This document shows positions 1 through 8,551 of a DNA stretch of 35,643 nucleotides, in pieces. Location of the stretch: IMG/VR virus record IMGVR_UViG_3300031867_000270, positions 1-35,643 of that record; one strand, written 5' to 3'. A program made the position numbers and the translations under genes. The stretch comes from a virus. The notes beneath the pieces are model-generated. The model saw only the letters and a list, made by a program, of their open reading frames with translations. It searched no databases and was not told where the DNA came from. Numbering within the stretch: the stretch's first letter is position 1; each line of letters opens with the position of its first letter.

Positions 1-127
1 AAATATAAATTATTCATACTGTCCGAAATGACGATAAACTACTAATTAAATAGTTAAATCATAGGCGTAGAAATACGTCTATTTTTTATGCAAATTGCCC
101 TTTCGTGGCTGGGCTTTAAATGGCACG
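1..127. repeat. Terminal direct repeat identical to 35517..35643 (overlap of a circular assembly)
   Basis: Bases 1-127 recur base for base as the last 127 bases. Gene order closes sensibly across the junction (head-morphogenesis gene then scaffold gene). Confidence 0.95.
63..87 (+). terminator. Intrinsic terminator-like hairpin between the head-morphogenesis gene and the scaffold gene
   Basis: AGGCGTA-GAAA-TACGTCT stem-loop (one G-U pair) followed by ATTTTTT. Confidence 0.55.
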
Positions 128-187
128 ATACACAGATGACAGAGTGAACTGTCGTTTAAATTAAATCAGTGTAAGAAAGGAATAAAC

Positions 188-784
188 ATGGAATTTTTAA
201 AAGAAGTTCTAGGAGAAGACTTATATTCTCAAGTTTCAGAAAAGATTACTACTTATAATTCTGACGAGAAAAATAAGGAAAATCAAATTAAAATTGGGAA
301 TTTAGCTTCAGGAAATTATGTTGGAAAAGAAAAATTCGACGCAAAAGAGACAGAAATTACAGGACTTAAAGAGCAATTAGAAGATGCTAACAATGAAATT
401 CAATCTTATAAAGATATGGATATTGAGAGTATCAAACAAAGTGTCAGTGATTGGGAAAACAAATACAACACAGACACTCAAGAACTACAAAACAAATTAG
501 CAAAGAAAGATTATGAGTACAAAGTAAAAGAAAAGGTTTCAGGACTTAAATTTACAAGTGAAAGTGCAAAAAAATCTTTTATAGCTGATTTGATGGCAAA
601 AGAATTAAAACTAGAGAACGATAACATTCTTGGTTTTGATGATTTTGTAAAAGAATTTAAAGAAACAGACCCTAATGCTTTTGAAAGTGAGAATCCACTA
701 CCACAGTTTAGCAATGGAAGTAATTCTGGACAAGTTAATTTAGGTGATGACTCAGATATCAGAAAAGCTATGGGACTTAAATAA
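188..784 (+). CDS. Capsid scaffolding protein (DUF4355-like)
   Basis: ATG preceded by AAAGGAA. Acidic coiled-coil protein directly upstream of the capsid gene. The N-terminus MEFLKEVLGEDLY..KITTYN is typical of Firmicute phage scaffolds. Confidence 0.75.
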   Translation: MEFLKEVLGEDLYSQVSEKITTYNSDEKNKENQIKIGNLASGNYVGKEKFDAKETEITGLKEQLEDANNEIQSYKDMDIESIKQSVSDWENKYNTDTQELQNKLAKKDYEYKVKEKVSGLKFTSESAKKSFIADLMAKELKLENDNILGFDDFVKEFKETDPNAFESENPLPQFSNGSNSGQVNLGDDSDIRKAMGLK

Positions 785-801
785 GAAAGGAAGAATGAAA
801 A

Positions 802-1677
802 ATGAATAATATTGAATTATCAACAAAATATTTACCTTTATTAGATGAGGTATATAAAAACGAAGTAAAAACATCTGTATTAGATGGAGATGAAGCAACA
901 ATACAAAAAGGACAAAATGGAGAAATAAAAGTAGCTAAATTAGATATGGATGCTTTAGGAGATTTCTCAAGAAGTTCAGGATATACAGAAGGAAGTACAA
1001 CATTAAAATGGGAAACTATTAAATACGACAAAGAACGTTCTGAAAAATTAAAAGTAGATAGATTAGACAACGAAGAATCTTTAGGGGTTATGGTTGCTAA
1101 ATTATCAAGCGAATTTATAAGAACAAAAGTAGCACCAGAAACAGATGCTGCAAGAATTGCTAAAATAGCAAGTGTAACAGGTATTTCAAAGAAAGAAGAG
1201 ACAATAACAACTGGAGACGATATGTATAAAGCATTAAGAGCTGCTACAAATAAAATGGATGAAGACGAAGTTTCTACAGAAAATAGAATACTATTTATTA
1301 CTCCAACAAACAAAGCTTTAATAGATGATTTAGAAACATATAAATCTAAATCAGTAATGAGTAGATTTGCACAAGTTATAGAAGTACCTCAAACAAGAAT
1401 GTATACAGCTGTAACATTAAATGACGGAAAAACTATAGCTCAAGGGGAAGAAAAAGCTAAATTTGGTTATACAAAAGCTACAGGAGCATCTGACATTAAC
1501 TTCTTAGTAGTTGAAAAGTCTGCTGCAGTTACAGCTATGGACCAATATATAAAATATTTTTCTCCAGATGAAGACCAAGATGGAGATTCTCATGTATTTC
1601 CATATAGAAACTATAACTTATATGGACATGTATATGAAAACAAATTAGCTGGTGTTTATTGTTCATATAAAGGATAG
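802..1677 (+). CDS. Major capsid protein
   Basis: 291 aa, immediately after the scaffold gene, RBS AAGGAAG, with a position and size typical of a major capsid protein. Confidence 0.75.
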   Translation: MNNIELSTKYLPLLDEVYKNEVKTSVLDGDEATIQKGQNGEIKVAKLDMDALGDFSRSSGYTEGSTTLKWETIKYDKERSEKLKVDRLDNEESLGVMVAKLSSEFIRTKVAPETDAARIAKIASVTGISKKEETITTGDDMYKALRAATNKMDEDEVSTENRILFITPTNKALIDDLETYKSKSVMSRFAQVIEVPQTRMYTAVTLNDGKTIAQGEEKAKFGYTKATGASDINFLVVEKSAAVTAMDQYIKYFSPDEDQDGDSHVFPYRNYNLYGHVYENKLAGVYCSYKG

Positions 1678-1689
1678 GAGGGAAATAAT

Positions 1690-1785
1690 ATGAGTACAAT
1701 AATTGGTTTTATTCCAGAAAAAGGAAATAAAAAGGATGTTAAAAAAGATACATCAAAAGAAGATAAAAAGGATGTTAAAAAATAA
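1690..1785 (+). CDS. Small Lys-rich peptide (31 aa), hypothetical
   Basis: ATG 7 nt after GGAGGGA; MSTIIGFIPEKGNKKDVKKDTSKEDKKDVKK; contains a 20-bp internal direct repeat. Confidence 0.4.
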   Translation: MSTIIGFIPEKGNKKDVKKDTSKEDKKDVKK

Positions 1786-1799
1786 AAGGAGTTGAGGGC

Positions 1800-2189
1800 A
1801 TGAAACAATATACCAATTATGAATTTTATATAGATACATATATGGGCAACATGTCCGAAGAAGATTTTGATAGATTAATAGTAGGAGCAAGTTACGAAGT
1901 GTGCAAAAACATCTTTGATAAAGATTATACAGGCTATGAAGATGAAGTACAATTAGCAACTTGCTCTGTTGCTGATATATTATATGAAATCGAAAAACTA
2001 GAAAATAAGAAAAATACAACAATATCAGGTAAAACATTTAAAAGTGAAAGTGTTGGAGATTATTCAAGAACATTTGATACTGCTAATGTAAGCGATATTG
2101 AAGTTGACATATCTAACCAAAAAGAAAAAATAAAAGAAGAAATAAGAAGATATTTATTAATGACAGGCTTATTATATAGAGGTGTTTAA
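1800..2189 (+). CDS. Head-tail connector/adaptor protein (gp6-like)
   Basis: Position after the capsid gene, RBS AGGAG, 129 aa. Confidence 0.5.
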   Translation: MKQYTNYEFYIDTYMGNMSEEDFDRLIVGASYEVCKNIFDKDYTGYEDEVQLATCSVADILYEIEKLENKKNTTISGKTFKSESVGDYSRTFDTANVSDIEVDISNQKEKIKEEIRRYLLMTGLLYRGV

Positions 2190-2190
2190 G

Positions 2191-2571
2191 ATGTTTGATA
2201 AAGATATAACTGTAATAAATAGATATATTGATGGACAGAAAAAATCTCAATATAAAGTAAGTTATGTTAAAGGTTTTTGGAGTTCTAATGACGGAATATC
2301 AATAAATGGAACTGATTTAATTAAAACGGATGGATTATCTGCAAGGATATTGATGAGTGAAGAAGGTTATCAAAAACCAGAAGATTTTAAAGAAAATCAA
2401 GAAGGGTGGACTTTAAAAAATGACGATTATCTTGTAAAAGGAAAAGTAGAGAATTTTACTACTATAACAAAACTATTAGATGATTATTCAAAAGTAATGA
2501 AGATAACTAATATAGCACAAAAAGACTATGGTTCAGAAGATATGTGGCATTGGTCTATAACAGGAGCTTAA
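2191..2571 (+). CDS. Head-closure / neck protein, hypothetical
   Basis: ATG 2191 lies 6 nt after GAGGTG (the track ORF opens with GTG 2182). Placement in the connector module. Confidence 0.5.
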   Translation: MFDKDITVINRYIDGQKKSQYKVSYVKGFWSSNDGISINGTDLIKTDGLSARILMSEEGYQKPEDFKENQEGWTLKNDDYLVKGKVENFTTITKLLDDYSKVMKITNIAQKDYGSEDMWHWSITGA

Positions 2572-2572
2572 T

Positions 2573-3025
2573 ATGAAAGTCAATTATGAAATAGCTTTTA
2601 GCAATATTCAAAAGCAACAGATAATAGATAAATATGGTCTTGAAGGTGGTGGAAGAACACAAAAAGTTATTGATAGTAGCTTTATGGGATATATGGATAA
2701 GTATATGCCAATGGATAGCGGACAAATGATAACAAGTATGTATAACTCTACTAAAGTTGGAAGTGGTGAAATAAATATAAATTCTCCATACGCTCATTAT
2801 CAATACGAAGGAGAATTGTATGTAGACCCTAAATATAATAAAGGTGCATTTCATGACCCTATAAGTGGTAGATATTGGAGCAGACCAAATATAAAGAAAG
2901 TTCCTAGTGGTGAGAAATTAAATTATCACGGAGGCTCTTTAAGAGGAGACCATTTTATTGAAAGAATGTTAGCAGACCACTTTAATGATATTTTAAATTC
3001 TGGTCAGAAGGAGATAGAAAGGTAA
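2573..3025 (+). CDS. Minor capsid / head-tail joining protein
   Basis: Tightly packed in the connector module; 150 aa. Confidence 0.5.
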   Translation: MKVNYEIAFSNIQKQQIIDKYGLEGGGRTQKVIDSSFMGYMDKYMPMDSGQMITSMYNSTKVGSGEININSPYAHYQYEGELYVDPKYNKGAFHDPISGRYWSRPNIKKVPSGEKLNYHGGSLRGDHFIERMLADHFNDILNSGQKEIER

Positions 3026-3432
3026 TGATTGATAAATTAAGAGAATACATAGCAGAGTGCCCATATTTACAAGAATTTGAAGAATTAAATGTAGAATATT
3101 TAGCTGATAAGGTTAATACATATTCGATTAATGAAAATGCAGGATACAATCCTATATTAAATCAGTTTTTAATTGGTTCAGAAAGACAGTTTTTGTTCAC
3201 ATTTGATAGTAAATTACATTGGAATGAAGATATTCAAAACAATATAGATAATTCAAAATTCTTTGAAAATTTCAGAAATTGGTTAGAAGAAAATAATAAT
3301 AATAAAATATTTCCAGATATACCTGGAATTTATAACATTGGAGCGACAACAAATGGCTATATATTTGCAACAAATGCAAATGAAGCTATTTACCGTATCC
3401 AATGTTTTTTAAATTATTTTAAAGAAAATTAA
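3025..3432 (+). CDS. Tail completion / neck protein, hypothetical
   Basis: ATGA-type start-stop overlap with the previous gene; position before the major tail protein. Confidence 0.45.
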   Translation: MIDKLREYIAECPYLQEFEELNVEYLADKVNTYSINENAGYNPILNQFLIGSERQFLFTFDSKLHWNEDIQNNIDNSKFFENFRNWLEENNNNKIFPDIPGIYNIGATTNGYIFATNANEAIYRIQCFLNYFKEN

Positions 3433-3452
3433 TAAAGAAAGAAGGAAATAAT

Positions 3453-3953
3453 ATGTCTGATATAAGAAAAATAGATAGAACAGAATGGGTAGACTTTTTA
3501 AATGTAAGTAATACAAGCACACCAGATTGGGCAATAATTGGAATTGGTATCACAGATAAATCAACAGACTACAATGCAGAAGTTTCAGAAGAAAAATGGA
3601 TAATCCATAAAAATGCAAATAAAACAGTTGATAGTTATGCATTACAATCTGGTGTAGAACAAACTGCTTATAAAGGTGACCCAGTATTTGAATTTGTAGA
3701 TAACATTAGATATAGATTATTAACTGGTTCAGATGCAGAAACAGATTTATTAGAAATAGATAAATATAGTGCATCTTCTAGTGATACACCTGAATACAGA
3801 GCTAGAAAATGGAGAGTTGCAATTGAAATAAGCTCTAATGCTGGAGATACAGCAAAAGTTAATTACAATATTCATTATATAGGAGACCCATCATTTGGAA
3901 AAGTAACATTTTCAGATGGTACACCAACATTTACAGAAGTTGCATCATTATAA
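3453..3953 (+). CDS. Major tail protein
   Basis: 166 aa, strong RBS GAAGGAA, last gene before the chaperone/tape-measure block. Confidence 0.6.
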   Translation: MSDIRKIDRTEWVDFLNVSNTSTPDWAIIGIGITDKSTDYNAEVSEEKWIIHKNANKTVDSYALQSGVEQTAYKGDPVFEFVDNIRYRLLTGSDAETDLLEIDKYSASSSDTPEYRARKWRVAIEISSNAGDTAKVNYNIHYIGDPSFGKVTFSDGTPTFTEVASL

Positions 3954-4004
3954 TAAAAGCCAGAAAAAGAAGATAATTATTTGGATTTAAAAAAATTCAA
4001 ACCA

Positions 4005-4184
4005 TTAATTACCTTCTTTTTCTTTCAATTCATTTACTATAGTACGAGTAGCCTCTACAACAAAGGCACTAAAAGTAGATTCTTTCCCTCGAATCAAATT
4101 TTCAATATCATCAATTAAATCATTAGGAAATCTAATAGAACGCTGAGTCGTAGATGGAATTACTGGTATTTTAAAATTACTCAT
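4005..4184 (-). CDS. Ribbon-helix-helix (Arc/CopG-like) DNA-binding protein
   Basis: ATG 4184 lies 8 nt after GGAG (the track ORF opens with GTG 4193). RSIRFPNDLIDDIENLI..FSAFVVEATRTIV fits a beta-strand/helix/helix RHH pattern. The gene is antisense to the tail operon. Confidence 0.65.
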   Translation of the reverse strand: MSNFKIPVIPSTTQRSIRFPNDLIDDIENLIRGKESTFSAFVVEATRTIVNELKEKEGN

Positions 4185-4231
4185 ATTAATCACTCCGTTA
4201 TTATTTATTAATTAATATTATAAATTACAAA

Positions 4232-4274
4232 TGGGTTACAGTATGTATTTTAATTAAATCCCAAGTGGGTTACA
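4232..4274. promoter_or_regulatory. Two direct 9-bp repeats TGGGTTACA upstream of the RHH gene (candidate RHH operator)
   Basis: Copies at 4232-4240 and 4266-4274, 34 bp apart, in the divergent intergenic region. Confidence 0.35.
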
Positions 4275-4364
4275 TTAAAAGAAAAATATATAAACTATTA
4301 TATATAAAGAATAGTGAAGAAAATGTCGAAAAAGAGAAAATTTTTTATATAAAGTTATTTTTGT

Positions 4365-4393
4365 TGACAAGTTTCGACAAATTTTTTATTTTT
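4365..4393 (+). promoter_or_regulatory. Moron promoter with the TTTCGACAAATT motif in its spacer
   Basis: TTGACA 4365-4370, then TATTTT about 16 nt downstream (weak -10; TATGTT at 4396-4401 is an alternative). The exact 12-mer is at 4372-4383. Confidence 0.5.
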
Positions 4394-4482
4394 TTTATGT
4401 TATTCTAAAAATACATACAAAAGACCACGATAGTGGTCGGAAAATATTATTTAATTTGTAAATAATAAAAGGAGGAATAGTA

Positions 4483-4986
4483 ATGAAAAAAGAATATGAA
4501 TTTTCGGATTTTAGTAATGGAGGGAAAACTAAAGTTATAATTGAAGATGGTAGATTAACTATTTCTAGGCCAGGAATCTTGTCAAAGTTCTCACATGGAT
4601 TTACAGGTGAAAAAACCATATTAATAAAAAATATTTCAGCTGTACAATTTAAGCCTGTTGGATTTGCTAGAGGATATTTGCAATTTGTGCTTGCAGGAAC
4701 TAGAGAAGCTAAAAGTGGAATAGTAATGGGAGCAAAAGATGAAAATATTATTTATTTTGCTTCTGGATTTAACAATGAAAAGATAAACAAAAAAGCAAGA
4801 GAGATAAAAGAATACATAGAGAACTATAATACAAAATTATCTCAAAATAATACTACGAATATATATAATAGTTCTGATAAATATGATAAATTGATAAAGA
4901 TAAAGAAATTGCTAGATAATGGTATTTTATCGAATGAAGAATATGAAAAAGAAAAAAAGAAAATATTACAAGAAGAGGTCCAATAG
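4483..4986 (+). CDS. PH-like (DUF4429-type) domain protein with C-terminal SHOCT domain
   Basis: RBS AAGGAGG. The N-terminal pattern GRLTI...GEKTILIKNISAVQF..GYLQFVLAG resembles bacterial PH/DUF4429. The C-terminus DKLIKIKKLLDNGILSNEEYEKEKKKIL matches the SHOCT signature. Confidence 0.6.
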   Translation: MKKEYEFSDFSNGGKTKVIIEDGRLTISRPGILSKFSHGFTGEKTILIKNISAVQFKPVGFARGYLQFVLAGTREAKSGIVMGAKDENIIYFASGFNNEKINKKAREIKEYIENYNTKLSQNNTTNIYNSSDKYDKLIKIKKLLDNGILSNEEYEKEKKKILQEEVQ

Positions 4987-5003
4987 GAACCTCTTTTATT
5001 TTG
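4974..5003 (+). terminator. Intrinsic terminator of the moron
   Basis: AGAGGTCC-AATA-GGAACCTCT (one bulge) followed by TTTTATTTT; overlaps the stop codon. Confidence 0.6.
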
Positions 5004-5020
5004 TATAAAGGAGAAATGAC

Positions 5021-5524
5021 ATGGATAATGCTATAAGATTAAAAAAAAGAAATGATATTTTTAGATTAGGTATCATAGATGAAAATGATAAAGTTGTAAT
5101 AGATGAGAATGGAAATGAGGTATATCTAGAATTTGATTTAGCGGATATTGAATTGCCGTTGAAATACAATAAATGTATAAATTTAATGAATCAAGCAAGA
5201 AAGAATTTAAAAGCACAATTAATTATAATAGATAAGAAACAAGACCATAAAGGAAAACAATTATTAAGTTCAAATGAAGAAGCAAAAACAAAAGCAGTAA
5301 AACAGTTTTATAAAGAAATGGAAGAAGCTATGGATTTATTTCTAGGTAAAGGTGGAACAAGAAAATACCTAAATGGAAGAAATCCATATTGGGAAATGTG
5401 GGATGATATAAGTGAAGCTTTAGAGCCACATTTAGAAAAGATGAAATTAACAGTCTCAGATATGACTGATAGAATAAAAGAAAAATACAAAGTTACAGAT
5501 AGTGATGTGTTGACAAATGACTAA
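5021..5524 (+). CDS. Tail assembly chaperone (Gp14-like)
   Basis: Position two genes upstream of the tape measure; 167 aa. Confidence 0.5.
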   Translation: MDNAIRLKKRNDIFRLGIIDENDKVVIDENGNEVYLEFDLADIELPLKYNKCINLMNQARKNLKAQLIIIDKKQDHKGKQLLSSNEEAKTKAVKQFYKEMEEAMDLFLGKGGTRKYLNGRNPYWEMWDDISEALEPHLEKMKLTVSDMTDRIKEKYKVTDSDVLTND

Positions 5525-6080
5525 TTATCCAGAATTTGCACAAGTGAATAATAATAAATATAAAATTAATACCGATTTCAAAGTAGCCTTAAAGTGCAAC
5601 GAAATAGCAGAAGATGATATACCAGATGAAGAAAGAGCTTTTGCAATTATTTATTTGCTATTTGGAGAAAAAGGACTTGATAATAGTGAAGATTGGAAAG
5701 AGTTATTGCAAATTGCACTTAAGTACTTAAATTGTGGGAAAGAAATAAAAGAAGAAAAAAGTGAAGAAGCAGATATGTCTATTAACCAAGATTGGGGATA
5801 TATACAAGCTTCTTTTTTTAGTGATTATAACATTGATTTATCAAAAGAGCAGATGCACTGGTGGCTATTTTATGATTTATTATGTGGATTAACTGAAAAA
5901 TGTGTTTTAAATAGAGTTAGATTTGTAAGAAATTTTGATATTAGTCAAATAAAAGATAACAAAGAAAGACAAAAATGGATAGAGCAAAAAGAACAAGTAG
6001 CTTTAAAAAAGAAAAAAGTAAAAACATTAGAAGAAGAAAGATTAGACGAACTCTTCGAAAAACAATTGAGAGGAGGTTAA
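5517..6080 (+). CDS. Tail assembly protein (phage Gp15-like)
   Basis: Overlaps the previous gene by 8 nt and lies directly upstream of the tape measure. The N-terminus NNNKYKINTDFKVALKC resembles A118-type Gp15. Confidence 0.5.
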   Translation: MTNYPEFAQVNNNKYKINTDFKVALKCNEIAEDDIPDEERAFAIIYLLFGEKGLDNSEDWKELLQIALKYLNCGKEIKEEKSEEADMSINQDWGYIQASFFSDYNIDLSKEQMHWWLFYDLLCGLTEKCVLNRVRFVRNFDISQIKDNKERQKWIEQKEQVALKKKKVKTLEEERLDELFEKQLRGG

Positions 6081-6084
6081 GATT

Positions 6085-8166
6085 TTGAGTGAATATAATG
6101 GATACCTAAAAATAAAAACCAAATTAGATAATAAAGAAATTGATAAAGATGTTGCAGAACTGGAAAATAAAATAAATAAGTTGCATATGGATAACGAAAT
6201 AAAGAATCAAGAATCCTCATCTTTGCAAGCAGAAATAAACAATTATGAACAATTAGCACAAAAAGCAGAAGAATATAGACAACAAATAAAAAGATTAAAA
6301 GCAGATAGACAAAATATGCTAGGTAATAATCCAAGTTTAGCAGTATCAAGTAGCCCTGAGTATGCTAAATTAAACAGTCAATTAGATGTGACAAAACAAA
6401 AATATGCTCAAATAACTAATGAAGTTGATAAGCAAGCTTCAAAAATAGATAAAGTATACATCAAATTAGCAAAAATCAAAGCAAAACAAAGTGAAAATAA
6501 TGCAAAAATATCTGAATATAAAAGAAAAATAGAATCAATAAATACAAGCCATATTCAAAATTCGCTTAATTCGGTTGGAGCAAATATCCAAAAACAAATA
6601 GGAAGCATTGGAAAAATGGCTTTAGCTGTAATAGGAGTAAGAACAGCATGGGGATTAGTAAGAAGTGCAATAAGTATGGTATCTCAATATAATAGTCAAG
6701 TTTCAGCAGATTTTGAATATATGAGATATTGTATAGCAAGTTTGTTAGCTCCTGCAGTTCAAGGATTAATAAAGTTATTATATACCGTATTGAGCTATGT
6801 TAATGCTATTGCAAATGCTTGGTTTGGAATTAATTTATTTGGGAATGCAAGTGTAAAGAACTTTAAAAAAATGCAAAGTAGTGCAGGTAGTACAGCAAAA
6901 TCTGCGAAGGAAATTAAAAAATCTTTACAAGGTTTTGATGAAATGAATATTTTACAAGATAACTCAGATAGTTCGTCAGGTGGAGGCGGAGGAGCTTCAA
7001 CACCAAGTATGGATTTAAGTGGAATACAAGGAGAAGTACCTAAATGGATGAAATGGATTATAGACAATAAAGATTTATTATTATCTATAATAGCTGGTAT
7101 ACTTGCTGGAATAATTGCTCTTAAACTAGGATTAGGCGGAATAAAAGCATTAGGTATAGGAATTTTAGTAGCAGGAGTTGTTTATGCTATACAGGCGTTA
7201 ATAGCCTACTTAAAAGACCCAAGTTGGATGAATTTCGGGAAAATTGTATCAGGAATAGGAGTCGCTCTACTTGGACTAGGTTTGATAATAGGCAATCTAC
7301 CACTTGCAGTAACTGGAGCAGTTGTTGCTATATTAGGGATAGTAATTGCAAATTGGGAGAAAATAAAAGCGTTTTTACAAGGCTGTATAGATTGGCTGAC
7401 AGGAAAAAGTGAATGGATACATAGTAAATTTGGAGATTTTATAGGAAGTTTATATGATGGATTTGTAAATATATTGCAAGGAGCTTTAGCTTATTTAGAT
7501 ACAGTTTTTACATCGATAAAAGGAATTTTTGATGGGTTAATTAAATTTATAAAAGGTGTATTTACAGGAGATTGGAAACTAGCGTTTGAAGGGCTAAAAG
7601 ATATAGTATTTAACATTTTTAATATAGTATGGGCGAGAATAAAAATGGCAATTAACACAATAACAAATTTAATAACAGCTACGTTAAATGCTTTAATATC
7701 AATATTTAGCAAAGTAGGTCAAACAATAATAAATCTATTTAATAATATTGCTACAAAAGTGCCAGAAACGATATCATCAAAATTTAAGTCAGTGATAAAT
7801 GCAGTATTAAGTGCAGTTCAAGCTATATTAAATACACCAATAAAAGCAATAAATGGATTGATTGGCGCAGTAAATCAATTACCTGGAGTAAATATAGGAA
7901 AACTTAATACATTTAGTTTTCCAAGATTGGCAAAAGGTGGAGTTATAACACAGCCTACACAAGCAATAATAGGTGAAGCAGGTAAAGAAGCGGTAGTCCC
8001 ATTAGAGAATAATTTGGAATGGTTAGATATATTGGCTGATAAATTAGCAAATAAAATTGGAGCTGGCGGAGGTTCATATATTATAAATATGGATAGTAGA
8101 GCAATTCAAAGAGGTATAGCAAAAAGACAAAATGAATTAGCATTTGCAACAAACGGAGGAAAATAA
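6085..8166 (+). CDS. Tail tape measure protein
   Basis: 693 aa, TTG start after GAGGAGG. Long coiled-coil N-terminus, Gly-rich and hydrophobic central segments, canonical position. Confidence 0.85.
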   Translation: MSEYNGYLKIKTKLDNKEIDKDVAELENKINKLHMDNEIKNQESSSLQAEINNYEQLAQKAEEYRQQIKRLKADRQNMLGNNPSLAVSSSPEYAKLNSQLDVTKQKYAQITNEVDKQASKIDKVYIKLAKIKAKQSENNAKISEYKRKIESINTSHIQNSLNSVGANIQKQIGSIGKMALAVIGVRTAWGLVRSAISMVSQYNSQVSADFEYMRYCIASLLAPAVQGLIKLLYTVLSYVNAIANAWFGINLFGNASVKNFKKMQSSAGSTAKSAKEIKKSLQGFDEMNILQDNSDSSSGGGGGASTPSMDLSGIQGEVPKWMKWIIDNKDLLLSIIAGILAGIIALKLGLGGIKALGIGILVAGVVYAIQALIAYLKDPSWMNFGKIVSGIGVALLGLGLIIGNLPLAVTGAVVAILGIVIANWEKIKAFLQGCIDWLTGKSEWIHSKFGDFIGSLYDGFVNILQGALAYLDTVFTSIKGIFDGLIKFIKGVFTGDWKLAFEGLKDIVFNIFNIVWARIKMAINTITNLITATLNALISIFSKVGQTIINLFNNIATKVPETISSKFKSVINAVLSAVQAILNTPIKAINGLIGAVNQLPGVNIGKLNTFSFPRLAKGGVITQPTQAIIGEAGKEAVVPLENNLEWLDILADKLANKIGAGGGSYIINMDSRAIQRGIAKRQNELAFATNGGK

Positions 8167-8167
8167 G

Positions 8168-8551
8168 ATGTTAATAGATAAAAATAGTTTAATAATAGAT
8201 AATGTAAAAATGGCACAATATTTAACAAAAGTAAAATTTGGGTATCATAAAATATGGGGAAAAGACACAGGAAGAAGTCTGTCTGGGGATAACTCAGGAA
8301 CTCTTAAAGGAATATACCCAAAAATAACAATGACATTTAGGAAGTTAAATGAAGGAGAGATAAGCACAGTCTTATCTCTTTTTAATAAGGCTGAAAACAA
8401 AGTTACATTTTATAATCCAGACTTAGGGAGAACAGTTTCAAATATGTCTTGCTATTCTAATGACCAAGAATACGAACAAGAAAATTTTGGGAAAATAGAA
8501 GGATATAGTTGTTCTGTAATTTCAAATAAAAAGAGGGAGTATTATCAATAA
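8168..8551 (+). CDS. Distal tail protein (Dit-like)
   Basis: First ATG of the track ORF (codon 9) follows GGAGGA; position directly after the tape measure. Confidence 0.55.
   Translation: MLIDKNSLIIDNVKMAQYLTKVKFGYHKIWGKDTGRSLSGDNSGTLKGIYPKITMTFRKLNEGEISTVLSLFNKAENKVTFYNPDLGRTVSNMSCYSNDQEYEQENFGKIEGYSCSVISNKKREYYQ

Noticed and set aside
121-127. TGGCACG, resembling the -24 element of a sigma-54 promoter upstream of the scaffold gene
   Set aside because: No TTGC -12 element follows at the required 4-5 nt spacing (the sequence continues ATACACAGA), and no enhancer-binding protein is encoded.
777-1313. Long antisense ORFs in the track (for example 777-1313, 12115-12414, 24837-25370, 25319-25789, 28557-28988 and 33428-33778, all on the minus strand)
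   Set aside because: They lie opposite strongly supported genes, lack RBSs, and translate to low-complexity Leu/Ser/Phe-rich strings typical of the reverse strand of AT-rich coding DNA.
1727-1782. 20-bp exact direct repeat ATAAAAAGGATGTTAAAAAA (1727-1746 and 1763-1782)
   Set aside because: It lies inside the 31-aa Lys-rich mini-ORF and just duplicates the KKDVKK peptide. It is low-complexity A-rich sequence.
4372-4402. Reading the 12-mer plus downstream ATGTTAT as a TcdR/UviA/BotR-type (group 5 sigma) promoter
   Set aside because: Only the 4372 copy has a convincing ATGTTAT. The spacing differs between copies, the -35-like part (TTTCGACA) differs from TTTACA, and the phage's sigma-like protein lacks a region 2. 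An operator interpretation fits better.
5021-6080. Programmed -1 frameshift between the two tail chaperone genes
   Set aside because: The genes overlap by a normal ATG/stop arrangement (ATGACTAA). I found no slippery heptamer near the end of the first ORF.
8161-8520. My hand translation of the printed bases around 8161-8165 and 8518-8522 seemed to be one base out of register with the track ORFs 6085-8166 and 8144-8551
   Set aside because: The two apparent offsets cancel out, and every other locus I checked agrees with the track. I treat this as my own reading error in homopolymer runs and use the track coordinates.
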